Part shown: positions 29,777 to 32,000 of the stretch, piece by piece
Layout of the letters: every line of letters begins with the position of its first letter
How positions within the stretch are numbered: position 1 is the stretch's first letter
Assembly: GCF_000012545.1 (NCBI RefSeq)
Contig: NC_007681.1
Coordinates: 1,290,001 to 1,322,000, forward strand
Length of the DNA stretch: 32,000 nucleotides
Direction of reading: 5' to 3'
Source of the DNA: Methanosphaera stadtmanae DSM 3091
GTDB taxonomy: Archaea; Methanobacteriota; Methanobacteria; Methanobacteriales; Methanobacteriaceae
The notes under the pieces: generated by a model
The model's database searches: none
Told to the model about the DNA's origin: nothing
The model's input: the letters and a program-made list of their open reading frames with translations, nothing else
Translations under genes and position numbers: made by a program

Positions 29777-30691
29777 TTATTTATTTAATTCTCGTAAACG
29801 TTTATTTTCTTTTTCTAATCTTGCTATATCTGATTCCATTTCTTTAATTTCTTTTTCTATTTCATCAGATGATTTTGATACGTCATTTACTTTAGCTTCT
29901 ATTATATTTTCAGGAGATTTTATAACATTTAATATAATTTCATCTATAGAATCACCAGGTGTTCTATCAGTACGAATATCTACTTCCACCTCATCTCCTG
30001 GTTCATACTCTGGAGGTAGTGGTAATTCTTGATTAATTATTTCACCATCTACTTCTAGTTGTATATTTATTGTGTGTGGTTTATTAATTACTGGTTCTTC
30101 TTCATTTTTTAGGTTAATATTATCTGTAGTAGTTATTTTATTTTCTTGTTTCATCATATCATCCTCATTTTCAAGTTTTTTTAATTCTTGTAATAATTCT
30201 TCATCAAATATTTCATCTTCAATAGCTAAATCACTTAATTTTTTAATATCTACTTCATTACCAAAGTCTTTTATAGTAAATGTCATTGGAGTTCCAAAGG
30301 CATCATATGCTTGTATTGTAGCCTGAGAATATGGTCTACATATGATCATATGGAAATAACCATTTTTTCCAAAAAATGATAAATCTGCATTTGATGGTTG
30401 ATTACTTGGTCCTGGATGACTATGTACTGATCCTACTGCATTAACTGTCATGGGCATCATAAATACTTGCATTACTGCACTTGTATCAGAAGCTTCAAAG
30501 GGTAGAAAAATTAAACCAGTTATTTTTAAAATAGAATTTTCTATATCTCCAGAAAGTAGAGCTACAAATTCTTTTGGGTCTGCATTAATTGCTATTTTAA
30601 TTATTTCTTCAACTACTTTCTCATCTATCCAAACTTCTTCAATCTTTTTATTATTACCTAATAATTTAGATAGTGTCTTGTTAAAATCCAT
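29777..30691 (-). CDS. JAMM/MPN+ metalloprotease-domain protein with a ~165-aa acidic coiled-coil C-terminal extension
   Basis: A complete JAMM motif: E in KEFVALLSG, then HSHPGPSNQPSNAD (H-x-H-x7-S-x2-D). The C-terminal half is E/D/K/N-rich and ends in the heptad-like EIEKEIKEMESDIARLEKENKRLRELNK. Confidence 0.8.
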   Translation of the reverse strand: MDFNKTLSKLLGNNKKIEEVWIDEKVVEEIIKIAINADPKEFVALLSGDIENSILKITGLIFLPFEASDTSAVMQVFMMPMTVNAVGSVHSHPGPSNQPSNADLSFFGKNGYFHMIICRPYSQATIQAYDAFGTPMTFTIKDFGNEVDIKKLSDLAIEDEIFDEELLQELKKLENEDDMMKQENKITTTDNINLKNEEEPVINKPHTINIQLEVDGEIINQELPLPPEYEPGDEVEVDIRTDRTPGDSIDEIILNVIKSPENIIEAKVNDVSKSSDEIEKEIKEMESDIARLEKENKRLRELNK

Positions 30692-30738
30692 ATTTGCCTC
30701 CCTTTTTAAATAAAGTCTAAAAATATCTTATTCAACAT

Positions 30739-31464
30739 TTACTTGAATAAGGATATATTTTTATCTACATATACTTTATTTCTAAAGTATAAAGTTTTTT
30801 TCTTTAATTTTGGATTATATCCTTCTTTTTCTTCTTTAATTTTATAGATTGCCACACCTCTTTTTTGCCATGTTGGTACGTGTGCAATATTTATTCCATG
30901 ATTAAATAATAATTCATGAATATTGGATTTGTTGAGTTTATATAATATTTTAGCAGTTTTTTCAGGTTTATTTTCTTTATTTAATACGTATTGTGCATAT
31001 GAATTTAAACAATTACGCCAAGATTCATCTTGTCTCCATTTAAAATAGTTTTTAATATTTTTAGAAGTAATTATAATTCTTGAATCAAAAGATGCTGGTT
31101 TCAATGTAGTTATATCCACATCAAATTGATCTTTACTAATAAATAAGTGTTTCATAAATGAACTAGATACATATGAACATATAACTGAGTCAATCTTCTC
31201 AACACGTCCATTAAAGGGGATTTGTTCAAGAAGTATATTTATTTCATCAGAAAAAGTATAAATATATTTTGTATTAAATTCTCCTAAAACATCCTTTGAC
31301 ACTTCAATAAAAAGATTTCGTAAACGTTTATCAAAGGGTTTTTTTAAACCTAATTGTTTTGTATATTTAGAAAAAGAACGACCATCAATTCGTATTATAA
31401 TTGGTAAATCTGGAACTATTTTTAGTTGTGAGAATTGTTCATATTCCTTCAATAAAATCACCAT
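30739..31464 (-). CDS. thg1: tRNA(His) guanylyltransferase / Thg1-like protein (3'-5' nucleotidyltransferase)
   Basis: PIIIRIDGRSFSKYT...KPFDKRL...YTFSDEINIL matches the Thg1 palm-domain motifs (RxDGxxF, SDE). 241 aa, the archaeal TLP size. Confidence 0.8.
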   Translation of the reverse strand: MVILLKEYEQFSQLKIVPDLPIIIRIDGRSFSKYTKQLGLKKPFDKRLRNLFIEVSKDVLGEFNTKYIYTFSDEINILLEQIPFNGRVEKIDSVICSYVSSSFMKHLFISKDQFDVDITTLKPASFDSRIIITSKNIKNYFKWRQDESWRNCLNSYAQYVLNKENKPEKTAKILYKLNKSNIHELLFNHGINIAHVPTWQKRGVAIYKIKEEKEGYNPKLKKKTLYFRNKVYVDKNISLFK

Positions 31465-31523
31465 AAGTGTTTAAAAAAAAGATTAAAGAAATGGTAAAAA
31501 CATTAACATTTGATTATAAAACA

Positions 31524-32000
31524 TTATGATCCTATTTGAATAGTTTTAGATAATTTATTTAATAAACATGCTGCTGAGAATGCAGCTAGCATACTTGTTT
31601 TAGGATTATCTGGACTACTTACATTAGCAGTTCTTGTTATTAATTCACCAAAAGATCCTTTAAGATGAATTTCATGTGTATTTTTGTCAATTTTTGGATC
31701 TGCTATTATTTTAACATCAACATCAATACCTGATGCTAAACTTAATGTTGAGGATACATTGATATTTTTTGGGAATTTGTTAACAGCCTCTGAAGCTTTT
31801 CCCTCAAATAATACTTTTTCTTCATTACCCTCCAAAGTCATACCTAATGAAACTGGTGGTTTTCTAGTAGTTAAAGATATTGATTCAATTTCACCCATAG
31901 TTGATGCTTTAACCGTATCTATTCCTGTAATTGCACCTGTTGGTAAATATATTTTAACATTAGATTCATCAGCCAAACGTTCTAAATGATTTTTAAATTC
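31524..32000 (-). CDS. nadX: L-aspartate dehydrogenase, C-terminal part; the gene runs off the right window edge
   Basis: IYLPTGAITGIDTVKA...KPPVSLG...HEIHLKGSFGELITRTANVSSPDNPKTSMLAAFSA resembles the NadX C-terminal domain. The frame stays open upstream of the track's first Met, to nt 32000. Confidence 0.7.
   Translation of the reverse strand, partial: EFKNHLERLADESNVKIYLPTGAITGIDTVKASTMGEIESISLTTRKPPVSLGMTLEGNEEKVLFEGKASEAVNKFPKNINVSSTLSLASGIDVDVKIIADPKIDKNTHEIHLKGSFGELITRTANVSSPDNPKTSMLAAFSAACLLNKLSKTIQIGS

Noticed and set aside
7771-31464. Apparent enrichment of tRNA-maturation genes in one window (RaSEA-like, tiaS, Thg1-like, plus tRNA-Gln).
   Set aside because: The genes are separated by many kilobases and by unrelated operons on both strands. 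There is no operonic or regulatory link, so this is most likely coincidence.
681-31989. About 40 short (60-160 aa) ORFs in the supplied track lie antisense to or overlap the genes called above. Examples are 681-881, 912-1121, 2955-3199, 4131-4331, 5736-6047, 6780-7289, 8040-8482, 9287-9751, 15273-15458, 20129-20835, 22023-22562, 23800-24141, 25119-25337, 26690-26980, 30072-30713 and 31684-31989.
   Set aside because: Each sits inside a gene with strong family-level evidence on the other strand or frame. Their translations are low-complexity (L/F/I/S/Y-rich), lack SD sequences and show no motifs. They are typical shadow ORFs.

Overview
This is a very AT-rich archaeal chromosome segment. Gene content points to a pseudomurein-walled methanogen of the order Methanobacteriales, Methanosphaera- or Methanobrevibacter-like. 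That is an inference from the Mer-like reductase, CfbC, the A1AO ATPase operon order, the pseudomurein-binding repeats and the Asn/Thr-rich surface protein. The centrepiece is a complete nine-gene A1AO ATP synthase operon, atpH-I-K-E-C-F-A-B-D, on the minus strand at 15179-24092, with 4-nt start/stop overlaps at C/F, F/A and A/B. Most of the remainder is housekeeping. It includes purF, a U32-family Fe-S protein coupled to the NifH-like cfbC, an FMN-reductase-like flavoprotein, a DUF89 phosphatase, and a TrmB regulator divergent from hcp. It also includes a RaSEA-like radical-SAM protein, mer, tRNA-Gln(UUG), an orphan ATP-grasp ligase, tiaS, the archaeal COG1395 HTH protein, serA, a JAMM/MPN+ protein, a Thg1-like protein and a truncated nadX. 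The only clearly accessory gene is a 976-aa secreted adhesin-like protein with Ig-like repeats, pseudomurein-binding repeats, a 750-bp in-frame tandem duplication and a C-terminal transglutaminase-like catalytic core. I found no CRISPR array, transposase, integrase, toxin-antitoxin pair or recognisable defence gene, and I cannot honestly point to a self-contained novel system. The observations most worth a second look are: (1) the wall-anchored transglutaminase-like protein and its mosaic duplication; (2) a predicted transmembrane helix on the N-terminus of ATPase subunit C; (3) the duplicated Na+-motif proteolipid, whose two halves are nearly identical at the DNA level; (4) two genes whose sensible N-termini are reachable only through SD-preceded ATT codons; (5) the U32-cfbC coupling; (6) a JAMM protein with a long acidic coiled-coil tail. 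Most short ORFs in the supplied track are antisense shadows of real genes.
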